Positions 25,218-37,373 of a stretch of DNA of 64,000 bases are shown in pieces. Every line of letters starts with the position of its first letter. Position 1 is the stretch's first letter. The notes beneath the pieces are model-generated. The model was not told the DNA's origin. It did no database searches and saw only the letters and a list, made by a program, of their open reading frames with translations. The stretch comes from Octopus sinensis (lineage: Eukaryota): positions 52,390,001-52,454,000 of the forward strand of contig NC_043009.1 of NCBI RefSeq assembly GCF_006345805.1, written 5' to 3'. A program made the translations under genes and the position numbers.

Positions 25218-25436
25218 TATTTCTTTACTACCCACAAGGGGCTACACACAGAGGGGACAAATAAGGACAGACAAACGGATTACGTCGACCCCAGTGCGTA
25301 ACTGGTACTTAATTTATCGACCCCGAAAGGATGAAAGGCAAAGTCGACCTCGGCGGAATTTGAACTCAGAACGTAACGGCAGGCGAAATACAGCTACGCA
25401 TTTCGCCCAGCGTGCTAACGTTTCTGCCAGCTCGCC
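25218..25436 (-). mobile_element. SINE family A, full length, young, 13-bp TSD
   Basis: GCACACATATATA at 25205-25217 and 25437-25449; core identical to the 22.6 kb copy. Confidence 0.93.
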
Positions 25437-25789
25437 GCACACATATATAAACACGCATTCTCTCTCTCTCTCCTTCTCTCTCTTTCTCTTTCCCTCTCTC
25501 TCTCTCTCTCTCTCGTGTTCATGGAATCCATATCTGTCCAATTTTCAAACTGAAAGACAAAAGAAAGACAGGAAAATAAAACTGAGACCGATCATATCAT
25601 GAGTTCCAGGAATGCTTCCATCAATGGAAACAGCGTTGGATTAAGTGTGTGTGGCTTCTGAAGGGTACTATTTTGAAGGAGATTAAATGCCAGATTAATA
25701 CGCGTTTTCGTTTTGTTTTTATAGCACCAGTCCTGATACTTATTGATCAGACCTCGTGTATATATATAAAATACAAAATGGGACAAGAA

Positions 25790-26086
25790 CGCAAAACATC
25801 CGGACAACTAGGTGATACAAAAAGGGACAACAAAACATCCAGATAGGCGATAGAAAAACAAACAACGGTGGGTCATTCGAAGCTTTCTATCCCCAGTCAA
25901 GAACCGGATCATCCTAGCAATTTCGGCTGATTAATCTTGAGATTGCTCCAATCTGGCCAGCCCCACGGGAAAACTAAGCTAAGAACATTACATTCCTTAG
26001 AAGAAAGCATCGAATGTATACGAAAACAAGAACGGAAAAACAGTTGATGTTACACAAATATAAATACAAACTGCAATAAAAATAGA

Positions 26087-26090
<4 letters not shown>
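25790..26090 (-). repeat. Interspersed repeat family F (unclassified)
   Basis: Reverse complement ...CTTAGCTTAGTTTTTCCGTGGGGCTGGCCAGATTGGAGCAAT...CAGCCGAAATTGCTAGGATGATCCGGTTCTTGACTGGGGATAGAAAGCTTCGAATGA aligns with 44975-45095. Confidence 0.75.
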
Positions 26091-26144
<54 letters not shown>

Positions 26145-26289
26145 TAATAATAACAGGTGTCTTTCGACTGGGGACGAATTGAATTCAGCTGACGTGTGTG
26201 GAAATGAAGCCTTACGGCAGAGATACAAAACTTTCACAAACACATGGAAGAATACCGATTTACACTAACCACGGTCAGACGCAAAAAGA

Positions 26290-26382
26290 GGGCTAGCAAT
26301 CTGGCCTATCGGTAGATGAATGTGAGCACCGCGACGCCTAATCACGGAGGTATGAGTTCGAGTCTCATAGCCGGCTGCCAAC
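26290..26382 (+). mobile_element. tRNA-like SINE head or tRNA pseudogene
   Basis: A-box-like TGGCCTATCGG, perfect T-arm ATGAG-TTCGAGT-CTCAT, then ...GCTGCCA; acceptor stem does not pair. Confidence 0.45.
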
Positions 26383-26567
26383 ACTTTTCTCTGCAAAATA
26401 GGGGTAGCTTATCCTGGTCAGGCTATATTATTAGCATTATACTGCATTTGAGAATTTAAAATCACTTCTTTAACTTTCTAAGACATCTCAACGCTTCTAA
26501 AGCAAACTTCGTTTTTTGTTTACGTTCATCATAATTTGAATTTACTTACATATATCGAGATATATGT

Positions 26568-26670
26568 ATACGACGGACTTCTTTCAGTTTCCGCGTACCG
26601 AATCCACACACAAGTCTTTGGTCGGCTCGAGGTAGTAGTAGACACTTGACCTATGTATCACACCCACGCT
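26568..26670 (-). mobile_element. SINE family B fragment
   Basis: TATACGACGGACTTCTTTCAGTTTCCG...GTCTTTGGTCGGCTCGAGG. Confidence 0.8.
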
Positions 26671-26735
26671 TGTGCCTATATATATATATATATATATATA
26701 TATACGCGAGAAAGAAGCAACAAGAATGGATAGGT

Positions 26736-26824
26736 TTTTAGTACAATCGTTTCATACAAGGACAGGCTTTATAAAAGTTGTAAAAATTACAGCATATAAC
26801 GTGTCCCGTACTCATCAGCTAAAA
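26736..26824 (-). ncRNA. Type I hammerhead ribozyme motif (minus-strand mirror copy)
   Basis: Reverse complement TTTTAG-CTGATGA-GTACGGGACA...TGTCCTTGTAT-GAAA-CGATTG-TA-CTAAAA; same fold as 27025-27115. Confidence 0.8.
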
Positions 26825-27024
26825 TACATGTGAGTTCTCTAGACATCCTAGTGGTTGAGGCTATACTCATGAAGTAATGTAGATAATTAAGTAACATACA
26901 CAGATTTCCAAAGTTCATTAAAGAACTTTAATGAACTTTGGAAATCTGTGTATGTTACTTAATTATCTACATTACTTCATGAGTATAGCCTCAACCACTA
27001 GGATGTCTAGAGAACTCACATGTA

Positions 27025-27115
27025 TTTTAGCTGATGAGTACGGGACACGTTTATATGCTGTAATATTTACAACTTTTAATAAAGCCTGTCCTTGTATGAA
27101 ACGATTGTACTAAAA
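27025..27115 (+). ncRNA. Type I hammerhead ribozyme motif
   Basis: Stem I TTTTAG/CTAAAA (6 bp), core CUGAUGA 27031-27037, stem II GUACGGGACA/UGUCCUUGUAU with a long internal hairpin, GAAA 27098-27101, stem III AC-GAUU-GU, cleavage triplet GUA 27107-27109. Confidence 0.82.
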
Positions 27116-27320
27116 ACCTATCCATTCTTGTTGCTTCTTTCTCGCTTATAATCACCCCACATTACTGTATTGTTAAAACAGTATAGTTTTTTTTTGGTGC
27201 ATCTAAGTTAGGTACCATATTCAAGTAAATTCATTTAAATTAACTTGAATCTTTATTGCTTTTTGTATATATATATATATATATACACATGTATACATAC
27301 ACATACACACATGCATACTT

Positions 27321-27362
<42 letters not shown>

Positions 27363-28130
27363 TGTCAATTTTGAATGGTATCGAATAACAAGAAGGAAAG
27401 CAGTTTGTCATATAAGAAACACTATTACTATGGTTGAGAGGTTTCGTTAAACATTTCTTTTGGGTGTGGTTGTGTTAATTGTTGTCTTATAGCATCGTTT
27501 ACTACAGTGATAGCGTGCGTGGGAGGATATCAAATTTGTAACATTAATTACTTTGCATTCTTCATTATGAACTGTCAGCTTCTTCCCCACCAGTTGTAAT
27601 TACCTACTGTACACAACACTATCATCACCACCACCACTAACATCATCATCCCGCCATCAGTTCTAATAAGCAAAAGTACAAAGGAGTATCTTCGATGTTA
27701 TTCGTTCTGTTAGAAACGGCAGCCAAATCTTACTGAAATCACATCTTATCTTTTAAGATTGCATTGTGTTGGCCTGAATTCCATGAATAAATGAAATAAG
27801 TGGTGTGGTCTGTACTGGTATTTTATTGAGTTACCAGACAGAGCGTATTATTCTATAAGGGTTACAAATCGTCGTTGGTTATGGAATTCTCAATAAAGGC
27901 CAGAGATCTGGATAACACGCGATTGCCTTTGTATTTCCAGCACGTATCTTGTCTTAACACGGCACAGCGATATGGGCTAAAATGATCAGACCTTTTACTA
28001 CATGAGTTGGAGAAATGATGAACTAGTTTCGTTTGGGAAACTATACTGACATTGAAAAAATTCCAATGAAATCGGTATAAGATAGCTGTTGAGAGAATTG
28101 CGGAGTGTATGCTTGCCAGAGCTTAAAATA

Positions 28131-28733
28131 TTGGGTTGTCCGGAAAGTTCGTGCCGATTTTTAAAGGAAAGAACAAGGTCAATAAATACCTGCCATTACA
28201 TTTTTAATCAATACCTGCCATTTTTAATAAATACCTGCCATTACATTTTTAATCAACCAAATATGAACCATTTTGGTGCACAATGCGTTTCCATCTTTCC
28301 TTTAACCCTCTTCACAGAATTGAGGTGGTTTCATGGCAAATAATTCATCAAGGTATCTTTTTTATGTCATCCAAGGAATTGAAATTTTTTCCCTTAAGAC
28401 TATTCTGCAGAGACCTGAATAAGTGGAAATCCGAAGGAGCAATATCTGGTGAATATGGAGGGTGGGGTAACACATCCCAGCCGAGCTGCAGCAATTTTTG
28501 TCTCGTTCCCAAAGCATCAAGTGCCAAAAATGAACTTTCTTATCTTCCATTTTAAAGGGTTACAGAATTAACACAGGTTATAGGAACATAAAACCTTCTT
28601 CCACAAAAAGATAGCTTAAACTGTACTCTAAGTGGAGGTGTAGTCAAATCCTATTTTATGGAATCAACCATGTTCTAAAATAAGTCGAAATGTGAGCTAC
28701 TATAAATCGGCACGAACTTTCCGGACAACCCAA
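28131..28733 (-). mobile_element. Non-autonomous mariner deletion derivative with perfect 30-bp TIRs and TA TSD
   Basis: TA-TTGGGTTGTCCGGAAAGTTCGTGCCGATTT...AAATCGGCACGAACTTTCCGGACAACCCAA-TA; internal minus frame KLLQLGWDVLPHPPYSPDIAPSDFHLFRSLQNSL. Confidence 0.93.
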
Positions 28734-29809
28734 TATTTCTGGGTTAACGGCTGCACGTAAACAATGGATATATGCCTGGTTCTCTTGCTTCCCGTTGACC
28801 CATACTGGAACCAGTGTCTTCTGAATTTTGACTCTTTGCCTAGGCTGGGAAATGTGTAAAACGTTAAAGTGTAAAAAAAAAGGTGGAAATACTTTTTGTG
28901 AACTATGTATACGGTAATCTAGGATTTCTACTCGGGAATCACAGAGAGATTCATGAGAGATAAGTGAATTTACATTTTGATAAGCTTTTGAATGGCTTAA
29001 TTTAGCTTTAAATGTATACATGCATCTCTGCCAAAATTTGTAAAATAGCTTATTCATGCCCAAGACTATATTGCTTGATATCCTATGAATCTATACACAT
29101 ATTATGTCTTGCTTTTGATAAAGATCCAAACCAAAGTCCTACCGACGTTATATGTAAGCATCATTAAACGTATGTCTTCAGATTCACCTATAAACACGCG
29201 GACCTATAAATAAATATACTTAATGTTGAACTGCTAAAATTTTAGCTCTGGTTCGCAGCGAAATTCTTAACCACCGGTCGTGCATAAAAACGAAAGTCTG
29301 AACACAGCAATAAAATATCGTATACTAGCTTACCAAATTAATTATAAAATACTTTCATCATCAAATACTTCTTTGAATACTTTACTTATTCAATATATGT
29401 ATGTTTAAATATAAAACATATACTTAAATATCAATTGTTTATGTCTACTTTATAGCAATGAATATATTTGAAATTAAATTTTAGACTAATCTATACAGCG
29501 ATCAGTCAATCAATGGATATTAAAACAAAGTAGATTTATTTGAAAAAAAAACGAAGTAAAGATTATATTTTTACTTCAAGAAAAATAAATCAATGATCTC
29601 AATAAACAGTTAAAGAACATATTGTTCGCATATAGCAATAAGACTGTTTTCAAATACTCTACAATCACCAGGATGCTTTTATATGTGATTGCACCGTCGC
29701 CATTCGCTTTCTCTCAAATAACAATCAAATGAGACTTCTGATGTACCATTGCTCCGCCTAAATTATTTTTATTGGCATGAAATCAAAAGACTTCTTACAC
29801 TGCGTCAGT

Positions 29810-29909
29810 ATATGTGTGTGTGTGTGTGCGTGTATGTATGTGTGTAAGTGGTTAGTGCGTGTGTTTGTGTGTGTGTTTGTTTGTGTGTGTGTTTGTGTGT
29901 GTGTGTGTT

Positions 29910-29982
<73 letters not shown>

Positions 29983-29992
29983 TGTGTGTGTA
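29810..29992. repeat. (TG)n microsatellite
   Basis: Directly visible. Confidence 0.95.
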
Positions 29993-30173
29993 GATGATTG
30001 TTTGAAGGATTAGCGAAATTCCTACAGCGATTCATATTATATTGAGTCTGCTACGTACAGCAACAACTATTTACGTTTATGCTTAAAGAAGAAAATCATT
30101 CAACAATAAGAAGGATCAGAAAGACTAACAAGAAAATTAATTGGTATAATATTTGATACAATACAGTTCTTTG

Positions 30174-30218
<45 letters not shown>

Positions 30219-30646
30219 TTTTTTTTACCTTTGTAAGGTATTTCTTTCATGCTGGCCACTTGATAATTTCGACACTTAAATATCGATATTATCCTCATAT
30301 ATAAATTTATATATATATATGGGGGGAAGATGAGAGAGAGGGGAAGAGAGAGTTATGATGACAGATTATAGCAGGGACGTGGTTCAAGCCAGTTCCTCGA
30401 AGAATCATACACATATGCAAATACTATGACAGATTAAAACAATGAGATTGGTCAGAAAGAACAATACATCAAAGAGCGACAAATGCCTACAGATACAGTG
30501 ACGTATTAAAGTATTATAGGTCAAGTAGAGACGAATAAGAACAATACCTTAAGTTAAGTGCCCAGTAAGTTTCAGCTGAATAAATGTTTGAGCAAAAACG
30601 CTCCAGTCATGACTATGTTTCCCTTTTTATATATGACGGTCTACAT

Positions 30647-30886
30647 CAAGAGTTCTCAACTGGCGTCCATACGGCCCTTGTGGGGACCATATAAGATTTT
30701 GTGGTTGAAATTTATTTGTAATAAGTTGGTTATACTTCAACAATATTTTTACAATATTTTTAGACAATTCCTAATATTTAATTTTTAAAATATAATGGTT
30801 TTTAAACATCGAATGGCTATGATAGTCTATCCCAGTAAAATAGGAATCAAAGGGATACATAGGTAAAAAGGGGTTCAGAAGCACTG
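30647..30886. mobile_element. hAT (Charlie-like) MITE with 8-bp TSD GTCTACAT
   Basis: Ends CAAGAGTTCTCAAC...GTTCAGAAGCACTG; GTCTACAT at 30639-30646 and 30887-30894. Confidence 0.85.
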
Positions 30887-31129
30887 GTCTACATTATTCT
30901 ACGTCTATCCTGATTTAGGTGGTAGAATGTGATTCTTAGGGAGGAAGCTGTACGATCACTAGTAAATAGTATTTAATCTTAAATCGGTATCATTAGGGTT
31001 GACCAACGAATAAAGAATAACAGCAACAAAACCAACAGTTAATTTTAGAGACAGGTGGGGTGGAAGGAAGCTTATGTGTATTTGGTCAAACGGTCAGTCG
31101 GTAAGAGACATACCGGTTTCAAATTGCTG

Positions 31130-31362
31130 AAGGCGGCGAGCTGGCAGAAACGTTAGCACGCTGGGCGAAATGCGTAGCCGTATTTCATCTGTCGTTACGC
31201 TGTGAGTTCAAATTCCGCCGAGGTCGACTTTGCCTTTCATCCTTTCGGGGTCGATAAATTAAGTACCAGTTACGCACTGGGGTCGATGGAATCGACTTAA
31301 TACCTATGCCTGTCCTTGTTTGTCCCATCTATGTTTGGCCCTTTGTGGGTAATAAAGAAATA
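31130..31362 (+). mobile_element. SINE family A, full length, young, 15-bp TSD
   Basis: GGTTTCAAATTGCTG at 31115-31129 and 31363-31377; A box TGGCAGAAACGTTAG, B box GAGTTCAAATTCC. Confidence 0.95.
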
Positions 31363-31946
31363 GGTTTCAAATTGCTGCCAGTAAGCCACACTCTCTTATT
31401 TCACATGAGGATATGTAAAGTTTAATAACTCGACGTCTGAGGATCCAACCGTCGGGTGTTCGACTATCCGCATTGATGACTGTTTTCAGTGATGAAGGCT
31501 TATGTAGGACCAAACACCAATTTAGAAATGCTGATATCAGGAATTTGATAGAAATGTTAGCAAGGAGCTTTCTATTAGAAATCCCTCTCTCCGGTTTTAG
31601 TTGTACTGTGCAAACACTATACAAGACAAAGAATCTAAAGATGAGCTTTGCTCAGAGCTTCTCAATAAAGTAAACGAACTTATCGAAATTTCCCAAACTT
31701 TACAAATACATAATCGGCAACATAGATGAGTTTCCCCACATAGTTCGATGGTTAAGCTACGCAATAATCAACGAGACCTCATGAGACCTTGTCTCCAGTC
31801 TAATGGTATCAGGGAAATGCGTAATGGCATTTTCAAAAATTTAATTAAAATAACATTCATTTCTAGAGAGTCACATTAGCGATTTGCATAATATCCGGAA
31901 GTAAAGACATGATCAAATTAACATTCTCGTTACTTGCTTGGATAGC

Positions 31947-31967
31947 CATTATTATTATTATTATTAC

Positions 31968-32015
<48 letters not shown>

Positions 32016-32340
32016 CATTATTATTATAATTATCATTATTATCATTATTGTTATTATTCAAGTAATAGTGATGATGGTTGTGGTGGTGCTGATGTTGGTG
32101 TATGTGATGGTGGTGGTGGTGGTGGTGGTGGTGGTGATTTGGTGGTAGTGGTGGTGGTGGTGGTGGTAGTGGTGGTGGCGGTGGTGGTGGTAGTGGTGGT
32201 GGTGATGGTGATGGTGGTGGTAGTAGTGGTGGTGGTGCTGCTGGTAGTGGCGGTGGTGATGGTGGGGGAGGTGATGGTTATGATGATGCTATTAGTGCTG
32301 TACTGTTAACGTCGTCGTCATCGTCGCCGTCGTCGTCGCT
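31947..32340. repeat. (ATT)n then (GGT)n/(GTC)n trinucleotide tract
   Basis: Directly visible. Confidence 0.95.
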
Positions 32341-32588
32341 ATAGCTAGGGATAGTGTTTCAACTAGCTAATTAAGGAATTTCACTACTAGAGAAAATAAG
32401 AAGAACGAGAACATTCCAGATTATAGTGAGAAAATAACAAAAGTACCAATAACAGCAACAGAATCAACAGCATGAGCAACAACAACAACAACAACATATA
32501 AAACAACACTACAGTGCAAATAAGAGATAAAAGATTACATTAAGATAGGACGTAACGGAAGAGCACTTAGTTATGAATATATATGCTT

Positions 32589-32646
<58 letters not shown>

Positions 32647-33159
32647 TGTGTGTGCGTGTGTGTGTGTAAGGCGTACTAGATCAGATATTGGACGATTAAG
32701 TAAGGCCGTTTATATATATATCCCTAATTATCTGTTGAACTCCAGGTCAGAGATTTTCTGTGGTTGCATGCATAAGTATAAAAATATTTTGAAGAATTGG
32801 AAAATACCGCCTATTCCTGAGTGACTTGATGTCTTTCCAGCCTCATCATTTAAGGTCTAAAGAAGATAGCTCTTTTACGTTTTTACTTTCATTTTTTTAC
32901 ATTTTAGTTTCTGTTTTTCGTATTCCGTTGTTTACTGTCTGCGTTTTCTACATGCTGCCTTTTAAAATTTTTTGCGTTTCTGCTATTATTCAATTTCTTT
33001 AGTTCATGGTTTGCGCCTGAAAAATATGATTGAGTTTTCTCAGCATATAAAACTATTAGTAGCGCTTTAATACATGTACTATGACCTTTAAATATATAAC
33101 ATTTATCTCTCACCAAATGGAGTACTTATTTGTTGAATTTTCTGGCACGTACCCGCACA

Positions 33160-33213
<54 letters not shown>

Positions 33214-33514
33214 GCATATATTTTCATACACATATTCGTTCATTTATGCTCACATACACATTGAACTGCATCCGGTGTCGAGGTTTCTGTTCGCAGTTCT
33301 GGAGAATATGTGGAGTGGATCATTCCTTAATTATCAATACTCCGGGATTCTTTCTGACCCAGAACGGTAGTACCTGTCAGGTCCATCCACAGTTTAAATA
33401 GACTTTCCAGTGGTATAAAAGGCTCCCGTTATTCATGATCACACTGTCGGAAGGGAAACTCTTCTAAGGAGATAGATACTCCGACATAAAACTTGCAGCC
33501 AGAATAGCAATATT

Positions 33515-33660
33515 TGTCACTGTTTCTGAGTTCAAATTCCGCTGAGGTCGACTTTTCCTTTCATCCTTCGGGGTCGATAAATTACGGAGTGGGGTCGATC
33601 TAATCTACTAGCTCCTTCCCCAAAAAATTCGGGCCTTGTGCCTGGAGTAGAAAAGAGTAC
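33515..33660 (+). mobile_element. SINE family A fragment
   Basis: CTGAGTTCAAATTCCGCTGAGGTCGACTTTTCCTTTCATCCTTCGGGGTCGATAAATTA. Confidence 0.85.
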
Positions 33661-34254
33661 TTATCACTTTTATCTACTATGGAGACGAAATGAGTGACAA
33701 ATGTGTCGTATAAGCTATTGTCACTTAAATCCAATGAAGTACATTTGTCTCACTGTCATGTGAAACGGCTATCATCTGACAAGATGAGGCAATCATCACA
33801 AATATGTATACATCCATACAAATATGAACACTTATACACAACACACATAATCAGAGGTATATGCATTCATGCATTCCTTTCAGTCAACGATGAAATCAAC
33901 AAATTCGTACAGTCTTTGTCCAATTCTCATTGGTCACATAAAAAGGGCTGACAAAATTCTCGTAATGTAAACCAACGTAGCTTTTCATATTGAGCGATGG
34001 ATTTTTCCTCCTCTATCTTGGAACTCATATACACATACGGGGTGTCATTCACATAATGTTACAAATCAATCCCTGACCTGAGCATTAGAGGCTAGCACAG
34101 ATTTGAAATTATCAGTCTTTCCAATGTTGATTGACCTTCGTAAAAGGCGAAACAAAAAAGCTTAACTAAAACCTAGAAGATTTCAAATGACAGAAATACT
34201 TATAAACACTGATAAGAGTTAATAATGCCCTCCACTACACGCGCAAGGACTCAA

Positions 34255-34444
34255 ATTTTAGAGGACAGCGATGATCGATTTTATTGACCCCTGGTGCTCA
34301 AATGCTACTGTGTTTTTTCGTCACTGAAAGGATGAAAGGAAAGTCTGCTTCGAGTAAAAAGAACTCAAAATGTAACCAGCCTACAGAAAGGCCGCAAAGC
34401 ATTCTCTCTTGCGTGCTAAAGATTCTACCAGCTCACCGCCTCAA
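34255..34444 (-). mobile_element. SINE family A, diverged
   Basis: GAAAGGATGAAAGGAAAGTC...GTGCTAAAGATTCTACCAGCTCACCGCCT. Confidence 0.75.
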
Positions 34445-34533
34445 TAAGAGATCGTAATAACGCTGAAACATTTCTGGGTTGTTCCTCTACTTGCAGAAAA
34501 CTCAAAATAACCACGTTCTTATTTCTACTTTGT

Positions 34534-34720
34534 AGGCGGAGGGTTGACAGAATCGTTACTCCACTGGACAAATTGCTTAGCGCTCGTTTTCACGTTCTGA
34601 GCCCAAATTCATCTTTCCAGGGGCAATAGAATAAGCACCAGTGGAGCACAAGGGTCGATGTAATCGAAATGCACCTCTCCAAAAACTGATGGTCTTGTAC
34701 CAAAATTTGAACGAATTATT
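34534..34720 (+). mobile_element. SINE family A, diverged, with internal deletion
   Basis: AGGCGGAGGGTTGACAGAATCGTTAC...GGGTCGATGTAATCGA...CTTGTACCAAAATTTGAA. Confidence 0.7.
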
Positions 34721-35469
34721 TCTACTTATTAAATAGTCATTTAATTATAAACATCACTGCAAGTTTAATTGGTTTTCATTGCGGTTGCACTCATCTGTGT
34801 CCTGTATTCTCTAAACAATTCTAATTTCTACATTACCTAGTGTAATGGCTCTATTATCTACTAATAACTATTATCTACTAAAGATCACATCGTTACACAG
34901 GATATATTCACATAGCTTTTGTATTAACTTTTAACATTTTGGTATTAAGCTTAAACTTGTTTCTAAAATCTGAGTATTAAAATTAATTTTAACCTCTTCA
35001 TGGGGAATCTTCTTTTGAATTCATCTAAACTTTCAATAAATGTTCTGTAGATCACTTTTGTACCTGACATTCCCAGCAAGACGAGTAGTTCTTCATGAAC
35101 AGGTCTCAAATGACTCCTATTCATAACAGAAATCTTAATTTTAGTATTATCGTTTCTGAAACGTTAATTTTAGTAATTATCGTTTCTGATTAAGGTATGA
35201 GTTTAGCTACAAACCAGAAATTTAACAATATATGTCAGGGGTTTGACAGTTACATTGCACGCAATATTTCACCGTATCTTATTTCATCAGCCCCAGAATT
35301 ATGACGGGCAATATTGAGACAAGAGTGATTTGAACTCTGAACAAAAGGGTCAGAACTAACTCGCAAGGCTCATTGCCAGGCGTTAAGCTCATTTTGCCAG
35401 TCCCTCACACATTTACATGCATGTCTAAATATACATATATAACTGTGACGGATGCACTAATTGTATACA

Positions 35470-35511
<42 letters not shown>

Positions 35512-35622
35512 TAGATAGATATATATATATATAAAGTTAATCCAAACAAGAAAGCACAAAAAAACACAACAACGCGAGGACGTGGCACAGATATAGTATT
35601 ATTGACGCTCAGGAAAGAAGGA

Positions 35623-35668
<46 letters not shown>

Positions 35669-35709
35669 ATATATATATATACATATGTATGAATGCATAC
35701 ATATATATA

Positions 35710-37140
35710 TAGTGAGAATTACAAAAAAATCAAAAGACGAAGACGGGTGTGTAAACAACAAGCAGATGTGTTAGTTTAACGCTCGGGAAGTGAGAAAGTC
35801 CTTTACGTTTCGAGCCTACGCTCTTCGACAGAAACGAACACAAAAAATAAACAGGGGGAGAAAATGGAAAAGGTACAAAGATTGAGAGGGAGGGGTTCAT
35901 GGGTTAGTAGTTAAAGGAGTGGAGTAGTTGTAAGTGTTTTAGGTTGATGAGGAAATATTAGAGAACGAGGAAAGAGTACTTGTGAAGATGGGGAGGCTGT
36001 GATGGAGGCTAGGTGTGATGTGTAAGAGGAATGTGCAAAGTTAATCATGAGAAGGAATAATTTAGTAGAAAAGGCTGGTATTGGTGGAGGGGTAGTTGTT
36101 TGGTCCACATTGTTGTAACGCAAGTTAGATGATTACACGGATTTAATGAAATGGGCAAATGGTGAGTAGAACTTCTGTTTAATATATTTAATTTGCTTAT
36201 CTGCATAATTACTTCCATATCTGTTCAACTTGATCCTTTTCATAGCCAATTATTACTTCGCGGGATTCGTCCACTGTAAGGGCATTGGAATTTTCTATAC
36301 TAGGAAACTCTAGATCTCCACCTGTCTGTGTTCGGATTGTCTTTGCGCAGGGGCCATCAGGACTCCCGCCTTCGCCGTGAACGGGAATTAATCTTCTCTC
36401 TTCACTCCTTTGCGCCACATGGGCTTAACACCCCTCTTATTTTCATTTGGCACCTATTTCCTCTTTTCACTCCTACCCACCTTCTCTCTTCATTGATACC
36501 CCGCCACCCATACCCCACACCCACATATCCACTCCCACATACGGCAACCCTACCGACACGCCGTCACCCCCACACACTTCCCCACCCAGCATCCACATCT
36601 CCACCCGACAACTCCACACCCCACATCCCTACACCCCACATTCCCACATCCCACACCACACTACCTTCACACCCCCACAGCACACCCCACTACACCACCA
36701 CATAACATCACACCACCCCACAGCACTCCACACGTACTAACACTGACCACTTCCCAGCACCCACACTACACAACATCATCCACACACCCACACATTACAG
36801 ATACACACACAGATCCTCACGTCAAAGTCACTAGCCCCTATCCACACACACACACATTCTCACATACATACACATGCACTCGCACCATCGTTCTGAGATC
36901 TCCCCTTCTTTCTACCATTCCTGTCAAACCTTCTTTTTCCCAACCAGTTGCCATGCTTGATCTCTAAATTCACAAGTTTTTTTTTTATTCTCTCTCTGTT
37001 TATTTTCTCATACTCCTTTCTGTTGAAGAGCATAGGCTCGAAACGTAAAAGACTTTCTCACTTTCCCGAGCGTCAAACTAATACACCTGCTTGCTGTTCA
37101 TACACCTATCTTCGTCTTTTGTTTTTCTGTAAATTTCAAC
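35710..37140 (+). mobile_element. Penelope-like element remnant: GIY-YIG C-terminus flanked by inverted pLTR-like copies with hammerhead-like motif
   Basis: GLSLRRGHQDSRLRRERELIFSLHSFAPHGLN (36330-36430) matches the PLE endonuclease end R..RE...IF.L.T..P.GLN; 35710-35880 and 36960-37140 are ~80% identical inverted copies. Confidence 0.7.
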
Positions 37141-37373
37141 TATATATATACATACATATATATATATAGAGTGAGAGAGAGTGAGAGAGAGAGAGAGTGA
37201 GTGAGAGAGAGAGAGAGGATGTGAGAGGTAATGGTGTCAATAAGACGCAGAGGTGTAAGGTAATGCTGAGTAAGTGCTATGGATAGACCAGAGTTAAGCT
37301 CCAGGTTCTGTGATTATGCGAATAAGGAGTCCAACGTAGGTCATATATCAGCATGTGTGTATATAAAAACGCT

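Larger units (their letters stand above)
26706..27145. repeat. 440-bp near-perfect palindrome (arms ~218/220 bp, 2-nt spacer) adjacent to (TA)n
   Basis: Arms differ at only 3 positions (2 single-base indels, 1 substitution); centre AAAG-AA-CTTT at 26920-26929. Confidence 0.97.

Noticed and set aside
26290-26382. Functional tRNA gene
   Set aside because: No acceptor stem and no canonical anticodon arm spacing.
28656-29063. 135-aa minus ORF
   Set aside because: Ends inside a mariner TIR and has no recognisable domain.
31380-31900. Possible LINE apurinic endonuclease remnant (YIIGNIDEFPHIVRW resembling IIxGDFNxPxIxW)
   Set aside because: Only one weak motif across frameshifts; not enough to call.
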